A stretch of DNA of 64,000 nt. Origin: an uncultured Rhodanobacter sp. GTDB lineage: Bacteria; Bacteroidota; Bacteroidia; Cytophagales; Hymenobacteraceae. Made by a program: the position numbers and the translations under genes. The stretch covers positions 239 through 64,238 of the forward strand of contig CAZZWL010000009.1 in the NCBI GenBank assembly GCA_964657755.1, read 5' to 3'. The notes beneath the pieces were generated by a model. The model was not told where the DNA came from. It was given only the letters and a program-made list of their open reading frames with translations, and did no database searches. Below, in pieces: positions 1-10,009 of this stretch (position 1 is the first letter of the stretch; every line of letters begins with the position of its first letter).

Positions 1-879
1 ATCGGCAACGACCCGCGCGGCTGGCTGCCCGTGGTGGACCCCACCCAGCGCGAAACGATGCTCTCGCTGGGGGCTTTCGCGCAGCAGCTGGAATACGCCG
101 CCGCCCACTTTGGCTACCAGTGCCGCTGGCAGGTGCTGGCCACTTCCTGCCAGGCCGCCGACGTGCTGGACGTGCGCCTCGAGCGCCGGCCCGGCCCCGC
201 CTACCCCGACCTGACCGCCCTGCTGGGCCGGCGCACCCTGCGCACAGGTTTCTCGGCCGTGCCCATTCAGCCCGCCGACGTGCAGCGGCTGACCGGCGCC
301 GAGGCCGCGCACTGCCACTTCCTACCCCCCGCCTCCGGGCCAGGGCGTTACCTGACGGCTACTACCCTGGCCGCCAACCAGCACCAGACCGCCCACGACC
401 CCGCCCAGCGCGAGCTGGCCCACTGGGTGCGCTGGGATGCCGCCGCCGTGCGGCGCCACCGCGATGGCCTCACCGCCGTCGGCATGGGCATTGAGGGGCC
501 CGCTGGCTGGCTGGTGCGGCATTTTTACGACAGTGCCCGCGTGCTCACGCCCGGCTTTCGGGCGCGCGGCCTCACGCAGGTGGCCGACCAGCTGGCCACG
601 CACGGCGGCTGGCTCGTCATCACCAGCCCCGATGAGTCGGTGACCGCCCTGCTGGCAACCGGCCGGCGGCTGGCGCGCATCTGGCTGCGGGCGAGGGCGT
701 TGAATATCGCCATTCATCCCATGACGCAGGGCCTCGAAGAAACGCCGGGCCCGGCCGGCCTGGGCCAGCGCCTGGGCCTGGGCGCGCCCGTGCAGTTTGT
801 GCTGCGCCTGGGCTACGTCGAAGGCTACGCTGCCCCCGTGAGCCCGCGCCGCCCCGTCGAGTGGTTTGTCCGGGCCTAG
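1..879 (+). CDS. Acg-family FMN-binding nitroreductase-like protein (5' end outside window)
   Basis: Frame is open from base 1. The C-terminal segment TGRRLARIWLRARALNIAIHPMTQ...QFVLRLGY...SPRRP is typical of Acg/nitroreductase proteins. Confidence 0.75.
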   Translation: MGNDPRGWLPVVDPTQRETMLSLGAFAQQLEYAAAHFGYQCRWQVLATSCQAADVLDVRLERRPGPAYPDLTALLGRRTLRTGFSAVPIQPADVQRLTGAEAAHCHFLPPASGPGRYLTATTLAANQHQTAHDPAQRELAHWVRWDAAAVRRHRDGLTAVGMGIEGPAGWLVRHFYDSARVLTPGFRARGLTQVADQLATHGGWLVITSPDESVTALLATGRRLARIWLRARALNIAIHPMTQGLEETPGPAGLGQRLGLGAPVQFVLRLGYVEGYAAPVSPRRPVEWFVRA

Positions 880-897
880 GGTGGGGTAGGGAGCGGC

Positions 898-911
898 CTG
901 ACAAACGTCAT
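898..911. promoter_or_regulatory. FNR/FixK-like palindromic box upstream of the BON gene
   Basis: cTGAC-aaac-GTCAt matches TGA(T/C)-N4-(A/G)TCA. Confidence 0.45.
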
Positions 912-1035
912 GCTTTCGGTAGCTTATCGTCAGGGCAGGGGCGGGTGGGCGCGGCGACTTTTGCGGTTGCCTTCCCGCTCGCTAGTGCAGTAGGGGCGCC
1001 ACCGCCGATTTCTCCCCCATTTCCGGATAAGTACC

Positions 1036-2463
1036 ATGCAAACCCTCGAAACCTTTGAGCAGACCCTGGAGCACGTGGCCGACGCCGACATCACGGCGGC
1101 GGTCGAGTTGTTCTTCACGACTAAAAAAGGGGTGGCCGCGCACCTGATTGACGTGGCGACCCACGAGGGCATCGTGCGGCTGACCGGCATCACCGACAAC
1201 CTGCTCTCGCGGGAGCGGGCCGAGGAAATTGCCCTGAACCTGCGCGGCGTGCGCGGGGTGGTGAACGAAATACTCATCAGCACCCCCGACGTGCCCGACG
1301 AGGAGCTGCGGCGCCACGTAGCCGACGCCCTGGCCATCGACCCCGCCACCACGGACTACAACGTGCGGGCTGCCGCCGCCGATGGAGTTATTACGCTCGC
1401 CGGCACGGTGCAGACGTGGGCCGAGAAAGAGCTGGTGCTGCGCGTGGGGCGCGGCGTGCGGGGCGTGCGCCGCCTGGTGGCCGACGACCTGCTGGTCCGC
1501 TGGGGCGAAATTCAGAACTCGGACGAGGAAATCAGCACCCAAATTCAGGAGCTGCTCGCCTGGGACATTCGGGTGAACAGCGCCCTGGTCGAAGTGCAGG
1601 TTAAGGACCGGGTGGCGTACCTGCGCGGCACCGTGGGCACGGCCGCCGAAAAGGCCCACGTGGAAGCCACGGCTTACCAGGCCGGCGCCCGCCACGTAGA
1701 TGCCCGCGAGCTGGCGGTGGCCTACTGGGCGCTGGGCCCCGAGCTGCGGCGCGACAAGCTGGCGACCCGCCCCGATGCCGACATTGCCCAGGCCGTGCGC
1801 GATGCCTTCCGCTACGACCCGCGCGTGCTCGCGGACCAGCCGCTGATAGCGGTGCACAACGGCGTGGTGACGCTGAGCGGGGCCGTGAGCAACCTGCGCG
1901 CCAAGCAGGAGGCCGAGCGCGATGCCCGCCACGTGGTGGGCGTGTGGAACGTGCACAACCTGCTGAAAGTCCGCACTAACCGCTTCATCCCCGACCTGCA
2001 CATTGGCCAGACCATCCGCGCGGCGCTGGCCCGCGACCCCTACGTGGGCCTCTGCGACTTCAGCGTGTACGTGCGCAACGGCAAGGCCCAGCTCTATGGG
2101 CAGGTGAGCAGCTACTTTGAGCAGGCGCAGGCCGGCACCGTGGCCGCGGGCGTGAATGGCGTGGCCGCAGTAGACAACTGGGTGAGTGTGCCCGGCCACT
2201 CTGGTTTTGAGGACTACCAGACGTGGGCCCGGCCGCGCCCCAATCCGGACTTTGCCCTGGCCGAGCGCATCCGCCACCGCTATTTCTGGTCGGCCAGCCT
2301 GCACAATCAGGACATTGAAGTGCTGGTTGAAAACGGCCGGGCCACCCTCACCGGCACCGTGGATACCTGGCTCGACCGCGACACGGCCGCCTACGACGCC
2401 TACAACGCCGGGGCCCGCTTCGTGGATAATGACCTGGTCCTCTCCTTCCATCACGGCCTGTAG
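1036..2463 (+). CDS. Multi-BON domain protein
   Basis: Repeated BON units (DxxI...G.V.L.G.V...A....GV..V.N.L) along 475 aa. Confidence 0.9.
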   Translation: MQTLETFEQTLEHVADADITAAVELFFTTKKGVAAHLIDVATHEGIVRLTGITDNLLSRERAEEIALNLRGVRGVVNEILISTPDVPDEELRRHVADALAIDPATTDYNVRAAAADGVITLAGTVQTWAEKELVLRVGRGVRGVRRLVADDLLVRWGEIQNSDEEISTQIQELLAWDIRVNSALVEVQVKDRVAYLRGTVGTAAEKAHVEATAYQAGARHVDARELAVAYWALGPELRRDKLATRPDADIAQAVRDAFRYDPRVLADQPLIAVHNGVVTLSGAVSNLRAKQEAERDARHVVGVWNVHNLLKVRTNRFIPDLHIGQTIRAALARDPYVGLCDFSVYVRNGKAQLYGQVSSYFEQAQAGTVAAGVNGVAAVDNWVSVPGHSGFEDYQTWARPRPNPDFALAERIRHRYFWSASLHNQDIEVLVENGRATLTGTVDTWLDRDTAAYDAYNAGARFVDNDLVLSFHHGL

Positions 2464-2560
2464 GCCGGCCCCTACCCCCTCGCCGCGGCCCAGGCCCCTG
2501 CGCCAAGGTGGCGCGGCCCGCTACTGCCCGCGCCGGTTTCACTTTTTTTACCCCTGAGCC

Positions 2561-3403
2561 ATGCCCGCTTCCCTGGTTGTGCTGACCGATTTTTACGCCG
2601 TTTCCAACCGCGCGCTTTCCTACGCGGCGGGGCTGGCCGTGCCGCTGGGTGCCCACTTGGTGCTGCTGCACGCGCGCCACGACGAGCTGCTGGCCCCCGC
2701 CGACTACGGCGACAGCTACCAAACCTGGCGCAGTGACCAAAAAACGACTTATGCGCTGCGAAAGCTGGCCACCGACCAGCCCGTGCCCACCGAGATAGCC
2801 GTGTCGGAAGACTCCCTGGCCGGGGCCGTGCGCGAGGCCGGCCAGCACCAGGCGCCGCTGCTGGTGGTGCTGGCCCGGCCCGACCCGGCCGTGGCTTCCG
2901 CGGAGCTCGTGGTCAGCACGGCCATGCGCCTGCTGCGCCGCGCGCCCTACCCCCTGTTGCTGGTGCCCGCCACCGGCTGGGATGCCGCCCCGCCCCGCCG
3001 CCTGCTGCTGGCCGTAGATGGCCAGCCGTTTCGCCTGCGCCCGCACCAGGACCTGCTGCGCCGGCTGCTGGCGGCCACCCAGGGCACGCTCGACGTGGTG
3101 CACGTGGTAGTGGAGGAAACCGCGCAGCATAGTCTGGCCCCGGTGTGGGAAACGGTGAGCGCAAACAACTTGGTGGACTCCCTGGCCGAGGGCAGCCTGC
3201 ACCAGCTGTACCAAATCACGGCAGTAGCTGGTATTTTGGAGGAGGCTGCCCGCCATCAGGCCGATATGCTGGTAGTCGTGGCCCGGCCCCACAGCCTGTT
3301 CGGCCGGCTATTTCACGCGAGCGTGACGGCGCAAATCCTGCGCGAAAGTCCCATTCCGGTGCTCATCCTGCTGGCCACAGCGCCGGGCCAGCCCCTTGGC
3401 TGA
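2561..3403 (+). CDS. Universal stress protein (tandem USP domains)
   Basis: LVVLTDFYAVSNRALSYA start, LLLAVDG second domain, and HSLFGRLFHASVTAQILRESPIPVLIL end. Confidence 0.9.
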   Translation: MPASLVVLTDFYAVSNRALSYAAGLAVPLGAHLVLLHARHDELLAPADYGDSYQTWRSDQKTTYALRKLATDQPVPTEIAVSEDSLAGAVREAGQHQAPLLVVLARPDPAVASAELVVSTAMRLLRRAPYPLLLVPATGWDAAPPRRLLLAVDGQPFRLRPHQDLLRRLLAATQGTLDVVHVVVEETAQHSLAPVWETVSANNLVDSLAEGSLHQLYQITAVAGILEEAARHQADMLVVVARPHSLFGRLFHASVTAQILRESPIPVLILLATAPGQPLG

Positions 3404-3574
3404 CGGTTGCTGCCAGCAGGGGGGGTAGGGAATGTCCGGCAAGCTGCCGGCTGGCCAGGTTTTTCATTTTTTTGCGGTCGCCGGTGGCTCTTACTCGGAA
3501 CCTGCTACCTGGCTCCCGCGCTGGTGCGGGTAGCCGCCGCTGCTGGCCCCGTAGGCCCCGCGCCCCTTGCTGCT

Positions 3575-4480
3575 ATGCTGCTCGATACCAAGCTTCCCGC
3601 GTCCTACCTCTTCCGGGGCATCCGCCCCGACCTGGTGCGGGTGCTGCTGATTTCCAGCTTCTTCCACCTGCTCAAGCTCTCGATTGGGGCCTTTTTGCCG
3701 CCCGTGCCGTTGCAGCTGCCCACCATTCTGGGCAGCCTGATTTCGCTGCTGCTGGCCTTCAAAACCAACCAGTCCTACGAGCGGTGGTGGGAGGCCCGCA
3801 AGGTGTGGGGGGCCATCGTCAACGACTCGCGCACGCTGGTGCTGCAAGCCAGCGGCTTTGTGCCCGATGCCGTGCTGGCCGCCGCCCCGTGGCCCCTGCG
3901 CGCGCTGGCCCACCGCCAGATAGCCTGGTGCTACTGTCTGGGCGAAACCCTGCGCGGCCTCGACCCCACCGCCACCCTCACCAGGTTCCTGCCCCCCGCC
4001 GAGCTAGCGTACACCCATAGTCAAGACAATAAGCCCCTGGCGCTGCTGGCCCTGCACACGGCGCAGCTCAAAAAGCTGTTTGAGCAAGGGGCTCTAAATG
4101 CCTATCAGCAGGTGCAGCTCGATGCCACGCTGGGGCGCCTCTGCGACGCGCTGGGCCAGGCCGAGCGCCTCAAGAGCACGGTGTTTCCGGCCAGCTACCG
4201 GCGGCTGGTGCATTTTTTTATCTACCTGTTTCTGCTCACGCTCTCGCTGGGACTGGTGCAGGCCATTGGGCTGTGGGAAATTCCGGTGCTGCTGACCACC
4301 GCCTCCACCTTCTTCCTGCTCGAGCGCACCGCCCGCCACTTGCAAGACCCCTTCAGCAACCAGCCCACCGATACGCCGGTCACGGCCCTGGCCCGCACCG
4401 TCGAAATTAACCTGCGCCAGCTGCTGCACGAAACCGCCGTGCCCGCGCCGCTCGCCCCCGCGGGCTTCTACTTATTGTGA
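3575..4480 (+). CDS. Bestrophin-family (YneE-like) ion channel
   Basis: SLLLAFKTNQSYERWWEARKVWGAIVNDSR and QAERLKSTVFP motifs. Start placed at ATG 3575. Confidence 0.9.
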   Translation: MLLDTKLPASYLFRGIRPDLVRVLLISSFFHLLKLSIGAFLPPVPLQLPTILGSLISLLLAFKTNQSYERWWEARKVWGAIVNDSRTLVLQASGFVPDAVLAAAPWPLRALAHRQIAWCYCLGETLRGLDPTATLTRFLPPAELAYTHSQDNKPLALLALHTAQLKKLFEQGALNAYQQVQLDATLGRLCDALGQAERLKSTVFPASYRRLVHFFIYLFLLTLSLGLVQAIGLWEIPVLLTTASTFFLLERTARHLQDPFSNQPTDTPVTALARTVEINLRQLLHETAVPAPLAPAGFYLL

Positions 4481-4583
4481 GGCCGCGGCCCAACAGCCGG
4501 CGCGGAACACAACGGCCAGGAAGGGTGGGCGGCTGGGTAGTGGCCGGCCCGCGTGGGTGGGGTGGCGGGTGGGTGGCCCGGAC

Positions 4584-5747
4584 TTATCCCAGCGCCTCAA
4601 CCGTGCCCGGTGCGCCCACCGGGGCCGGCGTGCCCACGGTTTCGGCCCGCGGAATCTCGATGGTGAACGTGCTGCCCTGGCCCTCCTGGCTGGCCACGGA
4701 AATGTGGCCGTGGTGCCACTCCACAATGGTTTTGCACAGGGCCAGGCCCAGCCCGGTGGTGGGTTCGCCGTGCAGGCCCGGCCGGCGAGCCTTGGTGAAC
4801 CGCTCGAACAGGTACGGCTGCATGGCCAGCGGAATGCCGATGCCGTCGTCCATCACCTGAATGCGGACCACGCCGGGGCCCGGCTCGATGCGCACGGCCA
4901 CGCGGCCAGCATCGGGGGTAAATTTGAGGGCGTTGCCGACCAGGTTGATGAGCACCTGCGTGAACTTGTTGACGTCGAGGTGGGCGTATATCGGCTCGGC
5001 GGGCAGCGTGTAGGTGAAGGCGTGGCCGAGTACCCGCTGGCCGGTCTGGAGCTGGTCGAGGGGCACGCGCAGCACGGCGCCCACGTCCACGCGGTCCACT
5101 TTCAGGTCGGTGTTGGCCGAGGTCAGGAACTCGAGGTTGATGAGCTCGCGAATCATTTTCACGCTGTCGCGGCTGGTGGTTTCCAGCACGCCCAGCATCT
5201 CGGGCACCTGGCTGTTGAGCGGCGAGGTCACCTCCTCCCGCAAAAACTCGGCAATCTGCTGCACCAGGATGAACGCGCCGCTCAGGTCGTGCGACAGGAT
5301 TTCGAGCGTGGCGTTTTTGCGGCTGTTGAACAGGTCGGCATTTTCCTGGTAGCGCTTCAGCACGCTGGTATCGCGCAGGGTGCCCCCGAGCAGCACCCGG
5401 CCCTGCGCATCCCGCCGGTAGGAGGGGGTGAGGCAAAACCACTGATGCGGCTGGCCCTCGTGCAGCAGGCGCACTTCTACTTCGTTGGCGGGCGGGCCCT
5501 GCTGCCACAGGGCCCAGTAGTGCGCCAGGTAGGCCCGGTCGTCGGGGTGCAGGCGCTGGAGCAAGCCCGGCAGCGCGGCGTTCACCAGCCCGCTGCTGCC
5601 GTGAAAAACCCGCTCATAGGCGGCGTTGACGAACACGACGCGGCCCGCCGTCGGGTCGTACACAAAGTTAACGTGGGTGCTGTTCTCTGCTTGGTCCAGA
5701 AAAAAATCGGCGTAATCGGGCATAGGTGCTAATTCGATGAAGGGCAA
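4584..5747 (-). CDS. PAS-domain sensor histidine kinase
   Basis: N-terminal PAS, H-box LSHDL, N-box NLVGNALKF, DDGIGI and GTGLGL-like G boxes. Confidence 0.9.
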   Translation of the reverse strand: MPFIELAPMPDYADFFLDQAENSTHVNFVYDPTAGRVVFVNAAYERVFHGSSGLVNAALPGLLQRLHPDDRAYLAHYWALWQQGPPANEVEVRLLHEGQPHQWFCLTPSYRRDAQGRVLLGGTLRDTSVLKRYQENADLFNSRKNATLEILSHDLSGAFILVQQIAEFLREEVTSPLNSQVPEMLGVLETTSRDSVKMIRELINLEFLTSANTDLKVDRVDVGAVLRVPLDQLQTGQRVLGHAFTYTLPAEPIYAHLDVNKFTQVLINLVGNALKFTPDAGRVAVRIEPGPGVVRIQVMDDGIGIPLAMQPYLFERFTKARRPGLHGEPTTGLGLALCKTIVEWHHGHISVASQEGQGSTFTIEIPRAETVGTPAPVGAPGTVEALG

Positions 5748-5901
5748 TTGGCGCGGGTGCGCGCGTGGGTGCCGCCACTAGCTGTGCCGGGGCAGTACGG
5801 CCTCCAAAAGGGGGGTAGGGGGCCCTAGAAAACCCGCCCCGCCTAGCGGGCGCGGCACGAGTGGCACAACACAAGATTACGCCGGTCCTGAAGCAGCCCC
5901 T

Positions 5902-5915
5902 ATGACGAAAATCAG
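5902..5915. promoter_or_regulatory. FNR/FixK-like box upstream of the PAS kinase
   Basis: aTGAC-gaaa-ATCAg. Confidence 0.4.
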
Positions 5916-6074
5916 CCTTCAGGGTGACAAACCACAGCTTCTGCCTAGACCAGCTGCTCATGCGCTGGTCCGACGGCGGAGCCGTCCGACCGGTTGACGC
6001 GGGAGCGAAGCCAGCGGACTGGAGCCCGTATACCTGGACTTGGAAATGGAAGTAATTAAGTAGCAACCCGAGGA

Positions 6075-6524
6075 TTACGCGTAGCTGCTGGACTCCAGCT
6101 CGTGGTGGGCCACAAAATCCAGCAGCAGCGCCAGCAGCTCGGGGCGCACGCGGGGCTGGGGGGCAAACAGTACCAGCTCGTGGGGCGTGGCGGCGGCCAG
6201 CAGCGCGTGCAGCTCCTCGGCGTTGGCCACGCGAAAGCCCATGTTCCAGTCGGCGAAGCTGCGCTCGGCGCAGGCCCCGGCGCCTACCAGGCGGCAGTGG
6301 TGGTGGCGCGGGTCGGCCACGATGCGGTCGTAGTACAGGGCCCGCACCACGTCTTCTTCGCCCTCCAGAATCTGGAAAAACCGGTCATCGGGCGTGTGCA
6401 GCAGCAGGCCCGAGAGGCGGTGCTCGCGGTTGAAGACGCGGGCCTGGTGCAGCAGGCCAGTCAGCGCCGGCGTGTCGAACGGGTGCAGGGCCTGGCTGTG
6501 ATAAAGGAGGTGATACAGGCCCAT
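6075..6524 (-). CDS. BLUF blue-light sensor domain protein
   Basis: LLYHSQA...ARVFN...SGLLL...FFQILEG...DPRH...FADWNMGF retains the BLUF Tyr/Gln/Trp/Met residues. Start placed at ATG 6524. Confidence 0.9.
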   Translation of the reverse strand: MGLYHLLYHSQALHPFDTPALTGLLHQARVFNREHRLSGLLLHTPDDRFFQILEGEEDVVRALYYDRIVADPRHHHCRLVGAGACAERSFADWNMGFRVANAEELHALLAAATPHELVLFAPQPRVRPELLALLLDFVAHHELESSSYA

Positions 6525-6658
6525 TAGTGGCAACGAGTGAAGAAAAGCCCACCGGTGGCGGCGGATACCCTGGCGGCGCTTACGGGCCGTGAAGCTACGC
6601 AAATTTACTGATAATCAAGCAGTTTTAAGCATAATAAAGTACCAGCTGGCCCGGTTGG

Positions 6659-6997
6659 CTACCCGGCGGGGGGTAGGGCGAGCCGGGCCAGCAGCTGCGC
6701 CACGATAAACTCGCCTTCGGGCAGGCCCTGCTGGCGCCACAGCTCCACGCCGCGCCGCACCAGCACGAACGCCGGTAAATCGAGCGGCGAGAAACTGTGC
6801 ACCACCACCGGGTGGCTGCCCTCGTCCACCGCGAGCACCCGCACGGCGCCTCCCAGCTGCTGCTGCAACACCCGAAGCGCCGCCAGCGTGGCCGCCCGCA
6901 CGGGCTGGGCCGTGCCCACGGGCGGCAGCAGCACCAGCAGCACCGCCGCCTCGGTGGCCGGGGGAGCGATAGGGACGGGGGGGGTAGGCGAGGGCAT
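6659..6997 (-). CDS. Thioredoxin-like fold protein without CxxC
   Basis: VRVLAVDE...LPAFVLVRRGVELWRQQG resembles the thioredoxin C-terminal half; the ORF has no cysteines. Confidence 0.55.
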   Translation of the reverse strand: MPSPTPPVPIAPPATEAAVLLVLLPPVGTAQPVRAATLAALRVLQQQLGGAVRVLAVDEGSHPVVVHSFSPLDLPAFVLVRRGVELWRQQGLPEGEFIVAQLLARLALPPAG

Positions 6998-7088
6998 GGC
7001 GGTCAGGCGGTGGGTAACAGAAAAGCTAGCTACTGGTAAAACTACTGGTTTTCTACCCCCGCCGGCATGCGTACTCAGGTTTAAGTGG

Positions 7089-7102
7089 CTGATATGTATC
7101 AT
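7089..7102. promoter_or_regulatory. FNR-like box upstream of the thioredoxin-like gene
   Basis: cTGAT-atgt-ATCAt. Confidence 0.5.
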
Positions 7103-7150
7103 GCTAGCAGAAGTAAAGCCAACCGTAATTTTTAGATAATCCGCTCCCTG

Positions 7151-8140
7151 CTACCGCCCTGAGTGGGCCGCCGAGTCGGCGGCGGCTTTCGCTTTTTGCC
7201 GGGCCTGCTTGCGGAAATAGCCGCGCAGCAGAAAATTGTGCTGTAGCGCCGCCATGCTCTGGCTGAAGCCCGCCGTGCCCTGCTGCACGTTGCGCAGGCT
7301 CAGGCGCACCTGCCGGGCGGCGGCGGTGTCGGCCAGCAGCGTGTGGGCGGGCCCCCGGCCGGCCAGCACCTGCCGCTTGAGGCCGGCCACGGTGGCGGCC
7401 AGCGTGTCGGTGGTGCGGGCCAGCTGCTGGCCGGCGTGCCCCAACTGGGTCGGCAGCTTAGTGTCCGTCAGTAAGTAGCCCAGCGGCCCCCGGCCCCGGC
7501 GCACGCCCTGCGTGAGCTGCGCCGCATCGGTAGCGGCGCGCTGCAGCTGGGCGCTGGCGGCCACGGCGTGGCCCAGGCCCTGGCGCACGCGCGCCGGCAG
7601 CTGCTGGTCGTTCAGCAATTGCCAGAGGGCGCTGGTGTCGAGCTTGGTGGTCATCCGGCGCAGGCTTTGGGTGATGACGACCAGGTTCTTGTTCGAGATG
7701 TCGAGGGTGCTGAGCATGGCATCGATGCTAGCCGGGACTTTGGTGCGCAGCACGTCGCCCGACTGCACGGGCGGGGCGGGGGTGGCCTGGGCCGTGAGGT
7801 TGATGATGGTATTGCCCACCAGCCCGTCGGTGCCCACGGCGGCCACCGCGTTTTGGCGCACAAAGCGCTGGGCATCCTTGTTGAGGCTCATGGCCACGCG
7901 CACAGTGCTGTCGTTCAGTAGGTTGATGCCCTTGACGTTGCCTATGGTGATGCCGCCCAGGCGCACGTTGTTGCCGACGAGCAGGCCCGACACGTTGCGA
8001 AAATCGGCCTGCACCACCAGACTGCGGCTGAACAGGTTTTGCTTGCGGCCCATCAGGTACAGCACGGCCAGCAGGCACCCCACGCCCAGCACCACAAACA
8101 GGCCGAGGCGCACAGAATTACCAGTGGAGTTTTGGGGCAT
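7151..8140 (-). CDS. MlaD/MCE family protein
   Basis: N-terminal TM then F.NVSGL..G..V...G..IG.V MCE motif and GTDGLVGN; coiled-coil C-terminus. Confidence 0.9.
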   Translation of the reverse strand: MPQNSTGNSVRLGLFVVLGVGCLLAVLYLMGRKQNLFSRSLVVQADFRNVSGLLVGNNVRLGGITIGNVKGINLLNDSTVRVAMSLNKDAQRFVRQNAVAAVGTDGLVGNTIINLTAQATPAPPVQSGDVLRTKVPASIDAMLSTLDISNKNLVVITQSLRRMTTKLDTSALWQLLNDQQLPARVRQGLGHAVAASAQLQRAATDAAQLTQGVRRGRGPLGYLLTDTKLPTQLGHAGQQLARTTDTLAATVAGLKRQVLAGRGPAHTLLADTAAARQVRLSLRNVQQGTAGFSQSMAALQHNFLLRGYFRKQARQKAKAAADSAAHSGR

Positions 8141-8197
8141 AACAAAGGGTCGGGGAAAAGTAATTTCGCAGGGTGTGGGACTTGCCCCGCATCCCAC

Positions 8198-8974
8198 TCA
8201 AATGAAAAAGTCGTGGACCTTCGGGTCGGGGTTCGCGCTCAGCTCGGCGTAGGTGCCTTCGGCGTAGCAGCGGCCGTCGGCGAGTAGGGCCACGCGGTCG
8301 GCGGTGAGGCGCACGCAGGCCAGGTCGTGGGAGATAATGAGGGCCGAAGTGTTATATTTCTTCTGCACCTCGCGGATGAGGTGGTCGATTTCGCGGCCCG
8401 TAATAGGGTCGAGGCCAGTGGTGGGCTCATCATATAGGATAATGTCGGGCCGCAGGATGAGCGTGCGGGCCAGCGCGATGCGCTTGCGCATACCACCCGA
8501 GAGCGCGGCGGGCAGCAGCGCGGCGGTGTTGGCCAGGCCCACGTCTTCGAGGGCCTGCTGCACCAGCTCGGTTTCCTGGGCGGGGGTGTGGGCCAGCCAC
8601 TGGCGGCGCAGCGGGAAGAGCAGGTTTTCGCGCACCGTCATGGAGTCGTAGAGCGCATTGCTTTGGAAGAGGAAGCCCAGCTTGGTGCGCAGCCGGTCGA
8701 GGCCGGCGTGGTCGAGGGTGCCCACGTCCTGGCCCAGCACCGTGATGGTGCCCGCATCGGGCCGCAGCAGGCCGATGATGCACTTGATAAGCACCGACTT
8801 GCCCGCGCCCGACTTGCCCAGCACCACAATGTTTTCGCCCCGGTTCAGCTCCAGGGAAAAGTCTTGCAGCACGTGGTTCTCGCCAAACGCCAGGCTGATG
8901 CCGGCCACCGTCAGCACGGCCTCGGCCCCGGCGGGCGGGGTAGCAGCGGGGGCCGGGGCCGGGGTAGGAAGCAT
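8198..8974 (-). CDS. MlaF-type ABC transporter ATP-binding protein
   Basis: Walker A GKSGAGKS, signature LSGGMRKR, Walker B ILYDEPTTGLDP. Confidence 0.93.
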   Translation of the reverse strand: MLPTPAPAPAATPPAGAEAVLTVAGISLAFGENHVLQDFSLELNRGENIVVLGKSGAGKSVLIKCIIGLLRPDAGTITVLGQDVGTLDHAGLDRLRTKLGFLFQSNALYDSMTVRENLLFPLRRQWLAHTPAQETELVQQALEDVGLANTAALLPAALSGGMRKRIALARTLILRPDIILYDEPTTGLDPITGREIDHLIREVQKKYNTSALIISHDLACVRLTADRVALLADGRCYAEGTYAELSANPDPKVHDFFI

Positions 8975-8993
8975 GGGGGTTTGGGAGGTGATG

Positions 8994-9079
8994 TAGAACG
9001 GAGTGGCACTCCGTTTCCAGGTGGGTGGCGTGGCCCGGCGCGTTCGGGCGGCCGCCAAACGGAGTGCCACTCCGTTCTA
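8994..9079. repeat. REP-doublet-like inverted repeat with palindromic arms
   Basis: TAGAACGGAGTGGCACTCCGTTT (8994-9016) and its exact reverse complement (9057-9079). Each arm is itself a hairpin (AACGGAGTG-g-CACTCCGTT), and the left arm begins with GTAG. Confidence 0.75.
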
Positions 9080-9082
9080 TAC

Positions 9083-9841
9083 TCAGATAAGCCCCAGGGC
9101 CGTGCTCACCAGCACGGCTACCAGGTCGAGCAGAAACACGGCCAGCGAGCCGGCCACCACGGCCGAGTTGGCGGCGCGGCCCACGCCGGCGGTGTCGTTG
9201 CTGGCGTAGTAGCCCTTGTAGCAGCTGATGAGGCCGATGGCGAAGCCGAAAAAGAAGGTTTTAATCACCGAGGGCAGCACCTGGCTGAACGTGAGGCTAC
9301 CCAGGACGCGATTGGCAAACAGCGCCAGGGTGGTCGAGCCCTGCATGTTGACGCCCGCGAAGGCGGCAAACAGCCCAATGGCATCGGAGAGCAGCGTGAG
9401 CACCGGCACCATGAGCGTGGTTGCCATTACCCGCGTGACCACCAGGTACTTAAACGGATTGGTGCCCGATACGTCCATGGCATCAATCTGCTCGGTCACG
9501 CGCATCGAGCTCAGCTCGGCCCCGATGTTGGAGCCGACCTTGCCGGCCACCATCAGGCCCGTGATGATGGGGCTCAGCTCCTGAATAATGGTGAGGCCCA
9601 CCATGACCGGAATCCACGACTCGGCCCCGAACTGCACCATGGTGGGCCGCAGCCGCAGCGTGAGCACCAGCCCCATGATAAAGCCCGTGATGCCCACCAG
9701 CGGCAGCGACTGGTACCCCACGACGTAGCACTGGTACAAAAACTCCTGCACCTCGTAGCGCGGCCGGAACCCCTCGCGGAAAAACCGCCCCGCAAACCGG
9801 GTAATGGTGCCGGTTTCGGCGAGCAGGGACGTTACGGACAC
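9083..9841 (-). CDS. MlaE family ABC transporter permease
   Basis: IQELSPIITGLMVAGKVGSNIGAELSSMRVTEQIDAM motif. Start (GTG 9841) is uncertain. Confidence 0.9.
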   Translation of the reverse strand: MSVTSLLAETGTITRFAGRFFREGFRPRYEVQEFLYQCYVVGYQSLPLVGITGFIMGLVLTLRLRPTMVQFGAESWIPVMVGLTIIQELSPIITGLMVAGKVGSNIGAELSSMRVTEQIDAMDVSGTNPFKYLVVTRVMATTLMVPVLTLLSDAIGLFAAFAGVNMQGSTTLALFANRVLGSLTFSQVLPSVIKTFFFGFAIGLISCYKGYYASNDTAGVGRAANSAVVAGSLAVFLLDLVAVLVSTALGLI

Positions 9842-10009
9842 GGTAGCAGAATAGGTGAGCAGGGGCCGGGCAAGAGGGATGGGGGAAAGCTGCCCGTCGG
9901 GCAGCGCGCAGCGAAGCCTGACGGGCAGCTCTTTACAAGCTCTCCGGGAGCGTCGCAAAAGTATCGGGACCAGCTACCCGCCCGGCATGACGTTCATTAG
10001 TCCAAATAG

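Noticed and set aside
982-2454. Long antisense ORFs (also 4557-5732, 10578-11729, 14832-15752, 37920-39122, 8588-10000)
   Set aside because: They are shadows of well-supported genes on the opposite strand in GC-rich DNA and have no recognisable motifs.
9987-9999. Fifth FNR-like box (TGAC-gttc-ATTA)
   Set aside because: One half-site is mismatched; too weak to call without a position weight matrix.
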